Shown here: positions 12,984 to 25,634 of the stretch, one piece after another
How the letters are laid out: each line of letters starts with the position of its first letter
Numbering within the stretch: the first letter of the stretch is position 1
NCBI GenBank assembly: GCA_002633005.1
Contig: NMRA01000010.1
Coordinates: forward strand, 799,252-863,251
Reading direction: 5' to 3'
Origin: Phoronis australis
Lineage: Eukaryota > Animalia > Phoronida
DNA: 64,000 nucleotides
Notes under the pieces: generated by a model
Databases searched by the model: none
Seen by the model: the letters and a program-made list of their open reading frames with translations, nothing else
Told to the model about the DNA's origin: nothing
Made by a program: the position numbers and the translations under genes

Positions 12984-15626
12984 TTCTGCGAACCACTTCC
13001 GTTACTCGGCAGAAGCTGGGATCAACACATGTCAGATAACTGTTCCCATCGTTACTAGCTTCTGCTCAATAACATTGCATAAATGTGTGGATTTCATTAC
13101 CATAATCATTGTGATTAAGCGTGTGATGATGCCAGAATTCGATAGCCATGCGCTTCGCATGGTTTTCCAACTGAGAAGACACTGATCAGTCAGTTTGTGT
13201 GACAACTCAATCGCTTTAGGCGGAAAGTAACATTGATGACCAAAAAGTTGCGTATCATAGATTATGTTACTTAATGGCTCAAATCAGATATGTGTCTTTG
13301 CTATTCATGAACTCCAATGCCGATAAGGGCACAAAGGTGTGCATTGACGTTGTCGTGGCCAGCTATCGAACCCCGGGGATACCGTTTAGTGTGTCATCGG
13401 TCAAGTTAGCCCACACTTGAGCGTGTCTGTACGCAGAGCCTTGCCAAACAAACACTCGATATCAGCTTAGGATATTGGATGGAAGGGTAAAGCAATCCAT
13501 TAAGAAAAACTTATTACTGTTCAATCGTGACAGGCGCATTGTGTGTTGACCCTCCCAGTGAGAGCAGCATGCTTCGTTGTTTGCCGATCCGCTCATTGAG
13601 TGTTTGGTTTGAAGCTGACTCGTGAAATGGTTATTTAGATGTATCATTGACTGAGTTACGTGATAGTATTAACCCACAGAAATTCCAGGTGACAGTCAAA
13701 GAAATTTGTCTATGAAATACAATAGCGGCGTGAGCATTCCGAAGATCCCAACCTTCCCCAGCCGCAGTTGTAAGATACGGCGATAAATAAACGATGACGC
13801 GCTTCTGCTACTGGATAACAAAGTGTTCGCTAAACGTGAACGGTTGATGGGACCAGCTACTCAGTTTTTCGGCCGATTTAGAAAATTCTTTCGTCTGATA
13901 AGTCTATATGTTGGGTTCTGTTACGAAGGCATCCACAGCGTGTGAAGCTTGCAAAACTGAATTTGTTCGAGTATCGACTGAAACTAAAGAACGAAACATA
14001 CAACTGAAACGTGTTTCAGAGCAGCCGAAAACATCGGATAGGCTTCATTGGCTGTTGTGTAGTGCACCTTACACTGGATTGTCTTGTGTACAGTTGTGCG
14101 TATTATAAGACTGATGATTTATTCAAGTGTGAATGACCAGTGATATTAGTCGAGGTACGTACTGTTATCAAAATGTTTGAGGCGTGTTTATCATAAGGTA
14201 TCGTATGATTGTAAATGTGTGTTCGCGACTCCGTGATTGGTTTGACCGCCTGTGTTCCAAAACGATCGAAGCTTGTATTCAAGATTGCTCTGTCAGTTTT
14301 CACCCATTTTGCCGGACTGAAGAATATAGTGGTACGCCGATGAGTCCCCATCGAGAGGAGACTACTATGGTTAATACCATTTAAACAAAATTTGGTATTT
14401 GAGTTTCGCTTTCTTTCAAGGCTTAAAATGTAACCTATTGTGAGAAAAAGCATAACACTACCGTAAAACCTGCTAAAGTACAGACAAGTATAGTACATCC
14501 AGTGTAGAACTGGTTAGAATAGTGTGACACTGTCTAGTAACTCATTAATTTCTAATAATACCTGTGACCCATGATTGTTCCCACGGTAAACTGTATAAAT
14601 AATAAATGCACGCTCGATCCATGTTATGGAAAAGGTTATTGCTCACTTTACTTAAAAATACATGTGTTTGGTGGTCGTTAAAACAGTTCTGCCCACTGAC
14701 AAAATGTTATCGGCTACCACCCTGACCAACCAAAACAAGAGCACGTGACTTGCTTTTGTAGCCCGTGTCATCAACCTCCCGACATAACAGATATACAGCA
14801 AAATGACGTATTCCCAAATGTGATGAACTTATAATATATCAGCGACCATCGCTCATGTCATGTGTGACTCGATAGGTTCTTGTCTGATACTTGTAACAGA
14901 ACGTTGTACTAGTGAATTCTATACTTTTGCATAAAATGCCTCTTAGTCGGGGTTGCGTTCTATAGACCTACTCGCGAGGAAAGGTAGTGTGATCACGTGC
15001 TTTTTTGCAATGCATGGCGATATCTTTCGACGTTTTGTCTGATATCTTACGTTTCGGCGAGTTTCTTGTGTCTGCGGAACGCAGCCAAGGTCAATGCCTG
15101 CCGCAACGCAGTACAAAAGTTGCAGGCTATCCGAACACCTCTGTTCACGCATCCATGAACAGGGATCGCGGATGTGTAAACTCATCTCTAGGAAATAACC
15201 CGCGTCCCGCAGATATTTAAATACACTTTTACACAGTTCTGTGTTGAAGGCCAGCAGGGTAAATGCAGACACGTCCATTCACCAATGATGCTGTAGTCTC
15301 TACTATAGCGTAACCATAATATTTTGATGTGCACTCCCAAAATACGGCTTACGCACTTAAAAATACGGCTCACTGACTCACGTGGATCACGTGCATGAGC
15401 CGGTGAAAAGTTCGTGTTTTTTGAGTATGTGAGCTACTTTTTTTGAGTGGGGGTCTGCTATTTTGAGTTTGTGAACTGGTTTTGCAGGAGCGTGAGGCCT
15501 GTTTATGAGTTCGGAGCCATGTTCGTGAGTGCGTGAGTTGTGTTGTTCGGGTAACCTGAGTTGACTACACTTCATTTACGCTCGCTGCCTCAAGCCGTTA
15601 TTTCCGATCTTCTTTGGTAGAAGTAC

Positions 15627-17178
15627 CTATCTACTGCCTCGTCTAAGATACCTATTATTTATGTACATGCATATAGCCGTGTGAATAGATTAATTAAAAG
15701 AAAAAATACCCATTGTGGTCAACCTGCAAAAATGCATTTTTGATGACCTCTATTGAAATAGCAGAATAGCAAAAACAATCTCGTGTGTTCCTTGTTCTAT
15801 AACTTGAGAGGGGGCGGGGGTTATTTGAAATGAATATTCTTATTCGTGTAGGTGTGGTGATGTAAGTGGTGCGAGAATGGTGCAGCAAGTGTTGCATACC
15901 TACTCTATACCTGGAGAATAACAACACTATTGTATCATTTCTTACTTGCCGCAGATTCATCTTGTCCATCGACTTATTGCAGATAAATTGTAGTGTTGCG
16001 AATGCTTTAATGATTGGCTGTGATTAATGTAGTGAAAGCAGACCAATAGAGTTCCAGGACATGGAACTTCTCTGTATAATTCACGCACGCCAATACATCG
16101 ACTTGATAAATACAGAGTCAATTGCTTGACGACTATCCACACTAGAGAGTGTATAACAATCTGCATAGAGGTGAGAAATATGTGCAAAGATGATTTGCTC
16201 TACCGTAATAGGTGAGTGTTTTGGTTTTGTTTGAGAATATTACGAACACACGTTGTTATTTTAACGTTTAGCGGTATTCTCGCCATGTCTACAATTGACA
16301 CTACGAGTACNCCAACATATGCCAATTTCCATTTTCGGCGGCGGCCATATTGGAGTTTGCGCGTAACAACCACCAGGGGGTAAGCACACTTTGTTTGCGG
16401 TGTTTTTTGAATTTCTTTTGGTTATACCTAACAGCGTACCAAATTGCAAAAACTTGTCTCAAAGTGCCCAATTTTTGCAAATCTGCACATATTCNCTATC
16501 TACTGCCTCGTCTAAGATACCTATTATTTATGTACATGCATATAGCCGTGTGAATAGATTAATTAAAAGAAAAAATACCCATTGTGGTCAACCTGCAAAA
16601 ATGCATTTTTGATGACCTCTGTTGAAATAGCAGAATAGCAAAAACAATCTCGTGTGTTCCTTGTTCTATAACTTGAGAGGGGGCGGGGGTTATTTGAAAT
16701 GAATATTCTTATTCGTGTAGGTGTGGTGATGTAAGTGGTGCGAGAATGGTGCAGCAAGTGTTGCATACCTACTCTATACCTGGAGAATAACAACACTATT
16801 GTATCATTTCTTACTTGCCGCAGATTCATCTTGTCCATCGACTTATTGCAGATAAATTGTAGTGTTGCGAATGCTTTAATGATTGGCTGTGATTAATGTA
16901 GTGAAAGCAGACCAATAGAGTTCCAGGACATGGAACTTCTCTGTATAATTCACGCACGCCAATACATCGACTTGATAAATACAGAGTCAATTGCTTGACG
17001 ACTATCCACACTAGAGAGTGTATAACAATCTGCATAGAGGTGAGAAATATGTGCAAAGATGATTTGCTCTACCGTAATAGGTGAGTGTTTTGGTTTTGTT
17101 TGAGAATATTACGAACACACGTTGTTATTTTAACGTTTAGCGGTATTCTCGCCATGTCTACAATTGACACTACGAGTA
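15627..17178. repeat. Tandem duplication 15627-16310 vs 16496-17178 enclosing a 183-bp fragment bounded by single Ns; probable assembly artefact
   Basis: Copies almost identical (one SNP noticed, tattg/tgttg); N at 16311 and 16495. Confidence 0.8.
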
Positions 17179-17718
17179 CGATTTGAAAATGAGGTCTTTT
17201 TCTCAGTGAATTTTCCGATATCTTGGGTGGTAACGTTCATGTTAGAATGGATACATTATGATTCAAATTTACAAGCCTCTTGTCATCGTATATTTATGTA
17301 AGCTAGGCTAACTAAAAAAATCACCATACTCTTGGGATCGACAGCAACCATTTTTTATTCGATAATTGACTTATTTCGTAGAGGACATTCGAATGTAAAC
17401 ATATTACTGCGTGCTATTCTGGAAAAGGCATCAGTTATTTTTCAAAAATATCCTATCCTAGAGCAATGGCCTTCTAGCTAACAGGATTCCAAGCGCATTT
17501 CTGTTCACAGAATTCAAATCATGTAGTTTACACGAGGAAGACTTGCGAACGGCGGTGTTGCGTGGGATCACGTTACATTCCCAATCTTAAAATCTGATTT
17601 TGTAGCCTGTCTTTGGTGGCGCGACTGTTGCTCGTTTGCAATCCCATCTCGTTCTAATTATGAAAACTTTACTTGTTCCCATGGACTTCTGTTTTGTAGT
17701 ACTATAAAAACTATTTAA

Positions 17719-19277
17719 CCCGAGTCATTTCTGGCAGCACAACTTCGCCATTCCTTATTGTGTGTGGCCATTGTGATACAGGTGCGAATACACGCATGTA
17801 GGTATTGTGCCTGCTTGCGTATCGAATCCACGCATTATTACGTCATAACTGCATATTTGATGAAGGTGTCCGTTCTCGTCCAAGCGATAGATGCATCGTG
17901 GCTGTAATGTTTAATATGGCTCCACATCTCGGGGATTCCCTATTGCGATCTATAGATCCGATACAACAGGAATTATTTTCCAAATTGGGTGATTTTTAGT
18001 ATATTTGATAAAATTACATATTAGCGTAGTAGCCTCATAAGTCAATATTCGAAACCCGGGAGTACTCCGATAGAAGGGATATTCGGGACGTGCCATTCAG
18101 AAGGGCGACATTTTCACGACCAATTTCTCTACGAAAGAGTGCCTTTTTGACAAAATTACCTACAATATGACCACCTTTGGAGTCCAGAAATCACGAAAAG
18201 TTCTCAGTTTTTCCAACTACATAAATTTTCTGAAGGGTTATTATCCGTATTTTAAAAGTTTTTGTTGCAAATGGTGAACTCATTTTTGACAACATGACAG
18301 TACCGTTTCTGATTGAAAATTCAGCTGATCTAGAATCCCTCGGAAAGGGTGAAGTTCGTGGATTTAATGTATGCATTGAAAGGTGGTGTCTCTGAAACGA
18401 AACCCCCACGAAGGTGTAACCTCTCCATGGAAGCTCCCTCAACGGGTCCCCTGTTTCTCGTTCACTTCCTAAATGGGTGGATATCCTCAATTTCCNCCCG
18501 AGTCATTTCTGGCAGCACAACTTCGCCATTCCTTATTGTGTGTGGCCATTGTGATACAGGTGCGAATACACGCATGTAGGTATTGTGCCTGCTTGCGTAT
18601 CGAATCCACGCATTATTACGTCATAACTGCATATTTGATGAAGGTGCCCGTTCTCGTCCAAGCGATAGATGCATCGTGGCTGTAATGTTTAATATGGGTC
18701 CACATCTCGGGGATTCCCTATTGCGATCTATAGATCCGATACAACAGGAATTACTTTCCAAATTGGGTGATTTTAGTATATTTGATAAAATTACATATTA
18801 GCGTAGTAGCCTCATAAGTCAATATTCGAAACCCGGGGGTACTCCGATAGAAGAGATATTCGGGACGTGCCACTCAGAAGGGCGACATTTTCACGACCAA
18901 TTTCTCTACGAAAGAGTGCCTTTTTGACAAAATAACCTACAATATGAACACCTTTGGAGTCCAGAAATCACGAAAAGTACTCAGTTTTTCCAACTACATA
19001 AATTTTCTGAAGGGTTTCAATATTATCTGTATTTTAAAAGTTTTTGTTGCAAATGGTGAACTCATTTTTGACAACATGACAGTACTGTTTCTGATTGAAA
19101 ATTCAGCTGATCTAGAATCCCTCGGAAAGGGTGAAGTTCGTGGATTTAATGTATGCATTGAAAGGTGGTGTCTCTGAAACGAAACACCCACGAAGGTGTA
19201 ACCTCTCCATGGAAGCTCCCTCAACGGGTCCCCTGTTTCTCGTTCACTTCCTAAATGGGTGAATATCCTCAATTTCC
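17719..19277. repeat. Tandem duplication 17719-18495 vs 18497-19277 across a single N; probably allelic copies
   Basis: About 14 differences counted by eye in ~780 bp; N at 18496. Confidence 0.8.
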
Positions 19278-19317
19278 AGCGGCAACCACCCACAAAATAT
19301 AGTCGAGTACCGCCGGG
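18832..19317. mobile_element. MITE with CCCGGGGGTACTC termini (truncated duplicate at 18055-18495)
   Basis: cccgggggtactccgata vs revcomp cccggcggtactcgacta; flanked by attcgaa(a) and attcgaa(g). Confidence 0.75.
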
Positions 19318-22300
19318 ATTCGAAGTAAATACAGAAATTCTCAAGTGTTTAGCTCATTACCGCATGAATCCGAAGGAACTTACTTTTAAGTTCCCTTGCA
19401 GTCGTTTGATGTTTTCAATCAATTACTTAATCTTAAGAAGGATACATTTTCATTTATTTTGATCAGTTTAGATCACAAATTATGTTTCATCAGGAGAAAA
19501 ATAACACTAACTCAGGAACACTTCTCAGTTACTCCCCTCCAGTGCATATTTACATTATCGTGAACTAAAACGTGAAGTTTGGTGTCACTTTCGTCGACTA
19601 TAATCTTCTTGGTATACTACCAGAAATTAAAAAATGAGATTTAAATATAGACTCTAAATATTGTTTTCATTGAAAAAGGGAGATCCGGGTACGACCAAAA
19701 ATAAAAACACGACACCGGCATGTCACTTATAAGACCTTATCAGGAGGGTTTGCCCTCGGGAAATTGTTTTCGCGACCCCCTATATTCTAGGCCAGCCAAC
19801 TTATCCTGTGTTTTAAATTGGTGAAATCTTACGGAAGTGACTCTTTAAATATTTTCATAACTTAAAACACACTAACTAATTAATTATCAATTAACTGAAA
19901 ACAAACCGATGTTGATTTTTGTAAACACCGAAATGTTGGGTGTATCTCCATGCGTAAGCTAAGTAGAATTACGAAAGTACTTTGAGAAGAATTTCGCTAC
20001 TCAAAGCCGTGTCGTCTCCGTAGTTCTCACAAAGCAGCGCATACATTACTGGATATTTTTATTCATATTTTAACTAATGCGAAACGCGTGTCGGTTGTCA
20101 TTACTTGGCGAAACTATTTTCACGACCCATTGACCTGAAATTCACCAGAAAGATGGCCCTGTGGTGGACATGTTTATTTCTCTTTAGTGACACTGCACTG
20201 TGTGACTGCAGTCAATTTACATTCGCGAGAAAATTAATTCGAGGAGTATGTCGGGTTTGGCTACAGTTTTGGGGGTTGCCTTGGAAGCAGTTGTATTGAA
20301 TCCGGCTTCCTCGTGCTTGCAAACACGCTGTGACTGAGATGCTGTGGGCACGATTTGCATTTCTGAGGTGAAATAATGCACAACTTATCATCCTACTTGT
20401 ACAGTTTTACACAGAGTGGAGAAAAACCGAGAGTTCTGTGACGACCTAACCGAGAACTGTGTCGTTTGCGAAATGAAATCATCATTATCAATTTTCTCAA
20501 AATTTTCCCAGGTGTCGCTGTCTAAAGTGTATTCATTTTTAACACACTCGCAGCGGACGCTATCCTTCTGTCATCCGTTGTCACCATGCACACGGGTGTG
20601 TGACCCTTGTTTAGGACACGTTTGTGTATTTTCCGATGCATTCCACACGCATGTGTGAAGTACGCCAGCCTCGGTGTGTATCATGTAACACTTTGTCAGG
20701 ATGTTGTTTGGGTTGTTTGAAGTGGTCAGATTGGACACTGTAATGTCAGTAATTACGTATCAGAGGATCAGCAGCTGTGCTTTAACACTCGACCCTTTCA
20801 ATAAGCGATACCCCGCACGTCTGCCTACAGTTCACGATATGGACTGTGCAATTAGAATGGGATTAGCCGTCGGTTTTGTCAGCGATCACACACCCCCTGC
20901 GACGGCTTTCAATCTTATGCCGGCCTCAACCGCCTGCAGTGGAAGAAACTCACTGCTGTTGCTGGCCACAGAGGAACTTCGGTATGCGGTGAGCACTGTT
21001 AAAAGTGCATCACAAAATGACAAGGCGAAACACCTGTTGTTCTTCCCTGGCATTAGGATATGTTGACAAATATTGTAAGTACTTTCCTTTGATGTCTCGT
21101 GTAATGTGCTTATGGGCACACGCTGTGTTCGTGAAGACGTTGACGCGTATTAATATCATAGTAACGAGTGTGTCAAGAAATCCATATCCGGTTGAAATTT
21201 CTTACAGGCCCCGTGGCGACTCCTCCCCGTCAGCCGTTCTCGTTTTGCACTCTCGCTATGGCGAGTTCTGAATAGACTACAGCTTGGAAGAGACATTTAT
21301 ACATTATGGTCATTTTGGCTCTTTCGCAATAGCGTTTTCAATTTAAAACATTGCCAGCTGTTCTCTCGCGGCGTTGGGTCAAACACTGAACATTCGGATA
21401 CAGAAGTAGCCTCTTGGTTTGCAAGGAACGTTCATTACGTTAGGGCTTGAGACCGTGTTCGGCGTTCAAAATATCTCACCATGATCAAGGCAACTTGTAG
21501 AACCTCATCTCAAGCACTTACGAACTGTGAGTTGAGATCGCATCCAATTTAACCAAGGAACAACTTATGTAACTGTGATTGGGCTAATTTGAATGTTAGC
21601 TTTTTGACGGACGGCGTATTTATAGCAGCCTAACAACAAAGTTTGACCCTACTCCGGGTAATGTCGTCGACAAAAGCGATATTCCAAGTGCGAAGCTCTC
21701 CCACGGGCAGTGAATATGTGCCGCTGAAATGAGTATGGTATTCGTAGATGTTGGTATAGAAATTGATGCATATTTAGAGAGTCATGATATTGATATGGGT
21801 GACTTTTTTCGATTCCTAGGAATTGAAATGGACTTACTTTTTGTCCTCGTGGAGGCACATACGGTCCCAATTATTTCTATGAGCCTCATGCATTCAGCTG
21901 CCCCCTCGTTTCATCGTCTGCTTCAACGTTACTCCGATTTCCGTGAGGTGACGCTCCATTGTACTACAGCGGGTATACATTGTATGTGCGTTAAATCTGT
22001 TTCGGGAACAGAGTTAGGTTTTGATATTCAGTCTACTGTGTCGATTTTCAGGGCGCATTGCATTGTCAGACTCGACACTGTGAACAGTCATTATAATTAA
22101 AACCTGCTTTGACAATACGATCATCAATGACCTGTTGAGCTGCAATGTATTTTCCTCACCTGGTTGGGCAGTCAGAAACCCTCTAACGCCTTCGCCACAC
22201 AGTAAATACCTTTCAAGCATTAGGTAAAAGAATTGTGCTTCCGCCATTCTTTCTCTAGTTCGTTTATTCAGTAACGTACAGATTTGCTACGTAGATGACA

Positions 22301-24029
22301 CGTCAATACAGTCGATTTGCGACTGTTGACACTTAGTATTAGAGGAGTCTATGGGCACGCTGGTGGATGGACTGCGGCAGCGTATCGGCTCTCCTGATGC
22401 CGCTCTGAAAAGCATGCATTTCTGAATGGCGAGCGATGCCATTGCTCGTGTGTGTCCTCCATGTCTTACGTGTGGGTAACTTGAGTTCTGCTACTTGTTG
22501 CTGTTGAAAATCTGTCAACGGGTAAATCATTCTGTTTTGTTATCAACAAGTGTTTCCTGATGTTAATGCGTATTCGCACAATCATCAGAAGCTGGCAATA
22601 ATATGGTGAATTAATGTAGAAAGTCACCATGAAATTAAACTAAAGGTAATGAAATTCAACTTTGAAGATCAGTGCCTGCAACAGAGGAACTACTGCCAGT
22701 AGTATGGCGGTTGGTAGAGGAACCAACAGCATGTCAAGGCACACAAATTCACGACGCTCTCTCGTCTAAAACATTTTGACAAGCTACGGTTACCAGTCAA
22801 AATTTAAATAATTTACGTATGACTTGTGCCTGGACTGTCTGGCGGTGGAAATGTGAGTCCTATGTGTATTCTGGCTGTTTGTGTCTCTGAAAGTTGTCAT
22901 AATTCAGCCGATAAAGAATTGATGCTTAAGCGATCGCCGTTGAATTGCAGTCAATGGCGATCCATTCTTGAAAACGTAACCTTTTATTTGGAACTAGTTA
23001 AGTAGCGTTCGGTGGCGAAGGAAGGCAATTCATTAATTCTATCGTAATGCGTGAACTATAATCGTTTGTGACAGGCGCAATGCCGTGTTGTGTAATGAAA
23101 CAGCCCAGAAAGACTGACGAATGTTCGCCGACGCAGCTCACGTTCATTTTAGCAGTCGATCATGGCAAGTCAGCATAGTGGCAAGTAGACCTACATTTTT
23201 ACCTCAGTTCCCCAACTCATTGATAGCTAATTGAAACCTTCATTTTGTTCGCCTTTTCGGCAAATACATGTCATGAACGTAGTTAGATTTCTTGGAGTGT
23301 CTACAGCCGACCCCTTGATAACAGGTATGCAGTTTTGCTCCGTTTGGTTTATTTCTATTTCAGTTTCGTTGTCTCATCATTTTTCACCCACTTCCTCGTA
23401 CGGCCTGGTGTCTAAGCCGTTTCCTTTTTAACGACTGTTCCAGAAATCCCCTTTATGAATACTTTGTTCTGTTTGAACTCTAATTATTTAATCACGCCAT
23501 CATGCATATAATTGCTGTAAGAGTTTCCCGCTGTGTATAGAACACAAGTAGAAACTGAAAACACTGTTTCCCCTTTAATGTGTTGTCTAACTTACTTAAA
23601 TCTGACACTTGGTTGTGTGTTGGCTTAGTTTATACACTCTTAGAATGTGTAGAACAATGCATAATGCTTGTAAGTTATAGACTCAAATGAGATTTTTGAG
23701 GTACTAATTGTCAATCCTGCTAAATTCATATTCAATGCACGTAAAACGTTTTAAAATGACCGATTTTCGCTACGGACGCACTTACTCTGCAAAATCAACA
23801 CCAATTCGTTTATTCTTTGTTAAAGTTAAGTTAACGGTTACAAGAAATCTCCTGGAATTCTTTGTCTCACTGCCTTGGCGACAGAATCTATCCCGCCATG
23901 ACAAACATCTTCAACACTGACGTGCCAGTATTTCTCAAGCAATAAAAATCATTTCTAATAGGAACATGGGCAAGTCGACACCGAGTTTATAACAGTGATT
24001 GACTTGAAACAAAAGTTTTTTATTGCTTC

Positions 24030-24182
24030 CGCGGGCAGATCCAGGATTTTGGGTTAAGGGGGCCAAGGCAGAGTATTAGCCACTATTTTGCCCGCCAGAA
24101 ATTCACACCGCGAACTTCCATATGGAATCTGGAAGAGTTTTAGGAGGGCATGGCCCCCTTGGCCCCCTTAAATCCGCCACTG
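24030..24182. mobile_element. Small MITE of the GGCGGATCC type
   Basis: gcgggcagatccaggattt ... tggcccccttggcccccttaaatccgccactg; same architecture as 1757-1911. Confidence 0.6.
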
Positions 24183-25488
24183 TCTCGTGAACGCGACAAA
24201 ATGCCTATTTACTGGCTTGTCGAACCAGTCTAAGATACGTGTAATCATGTTTATAATTACGGGTTTGCTGTTGCCACAAAATACCAGACACGCTACATTT
24301 CTGAGTGCAAAAATAACACGAGCTTACTCTGTGATCTCGACTCCGTGACGTGTGTTGGTTCTGCCGTCTGCGTTAACGTCTTTCTACTTGTACCTAATCG
24401 AGCTACGCGTTTTAGTTCCTGTCCAGCTCTGATGCGCAGCTTGTTGAAAGATATTAGGCCCAACTTTATTTTGAAAACAGCAGACAATGTTTCAAAATTT
24501 ATTAAACAGATGGTGCTTGATGAATTCACCAATAACTGGTTCTGTTATCTGCTATGACTGTTCTATCGCTAATCCATCTGACAGAAAAAAGCGTTATTTT
24601 CTAAAACACTTCGTTAGTGTCGCAAAGTGAACCACCTCAGTGCGAATTTAATATTGGTATGAAATTATAATTACCGCGAAATGTTACAATAACACGACAC
24701 TGACGAATCGACACGGAAGTTACGGCAGCTGACTGCTCTGCGCATGCTCAGATTCACAATAATTTTCTAAAATAAATGCCAAATAATTTCAATTGATTCC
24801 AATACATCAACCTTTCGAAAGTCTTTGAACGTGTCGACTTTCGCTCAAACAGTTTCAGGCTCTGTCGATTCAAACGTTCTTTTAGTCTTTACGATCGTAC
24901 CGTGGACGGCTATTGTTCTTCGAGATCGTGTTAATTTATGTTGAAGCGGCATCGTGCTCATAAGTGCGACGAATTCCATTTCAGCCTTTTGATCCACCGA
25001 CGCAACCCAATTTCTCAGAAGCCTTCTCGGAATTTCGGTACTCCGACCCATGCTTTCCAGGAGTTACTCTAATGATAGAACATAATAAGTAAAAAACCTT
25101 GTTTTCAGTGGATAGGCACTCGCACTGACGTAAGCGCTGTAGTCTTAGCCGCCTGCCAAAATCACGGGCAAATGTTACATTTGACGCCCGGGTTTCATTA
25201 AAAAGCAAACTAAATTATTCAGGGATGAACACACTATGCTAGCAATCTGGGCGGTCGTCATCGAGCAGCGGGGACTTGGGAGATGATGGTAGCCATGACT
25301 ATCTTGGTGGCTTCTGTGTGAAAACAATTGATTTACTTCTTATTTTGGATGTGTACTGAGAGAAAAGCCCTGATACTAGTTATACGTGATATTATATACT
25401 AGACGACACTCAAGTTTTTCAAGACCGGGATAATGGTAAGTTTCGCTACTACGCATGCGCAATTGGAATGATACCACCCACCTTTGTG

Positions 25489-25634
25489 TTAATGGGCCAC
25501 AATCGGGTTTGCGGTAGAAAAACGAATTTTGGGGTTATTGTTTGATGAGACAGACTTCTTTAGCTTCAACTGGAGCAATGAAACAATAAAATCCGTTCAC
25601 CTCAAGTACAAATCGCAATCGCCAATTCTCGCCA
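25489..25634. repeat. Dispersed repeat end with TTAA terminus (Kolobok-like); related copies near 40281-40345 and 51479-51559
   Basis: Shared gagaattggc(g/a)att motif in all three; ccgattgtggc(cc)attaa shared by this copy (minus strand) and the 51.5-kb copy. Confidence 0.45.

Noticed and set aside
15694-17056. Duplicated small ORFs suggesting tandem genes or LTRs
   Set aside because: No protein features, no TG...CA or PBS; the duplication is bounded by single Ns.
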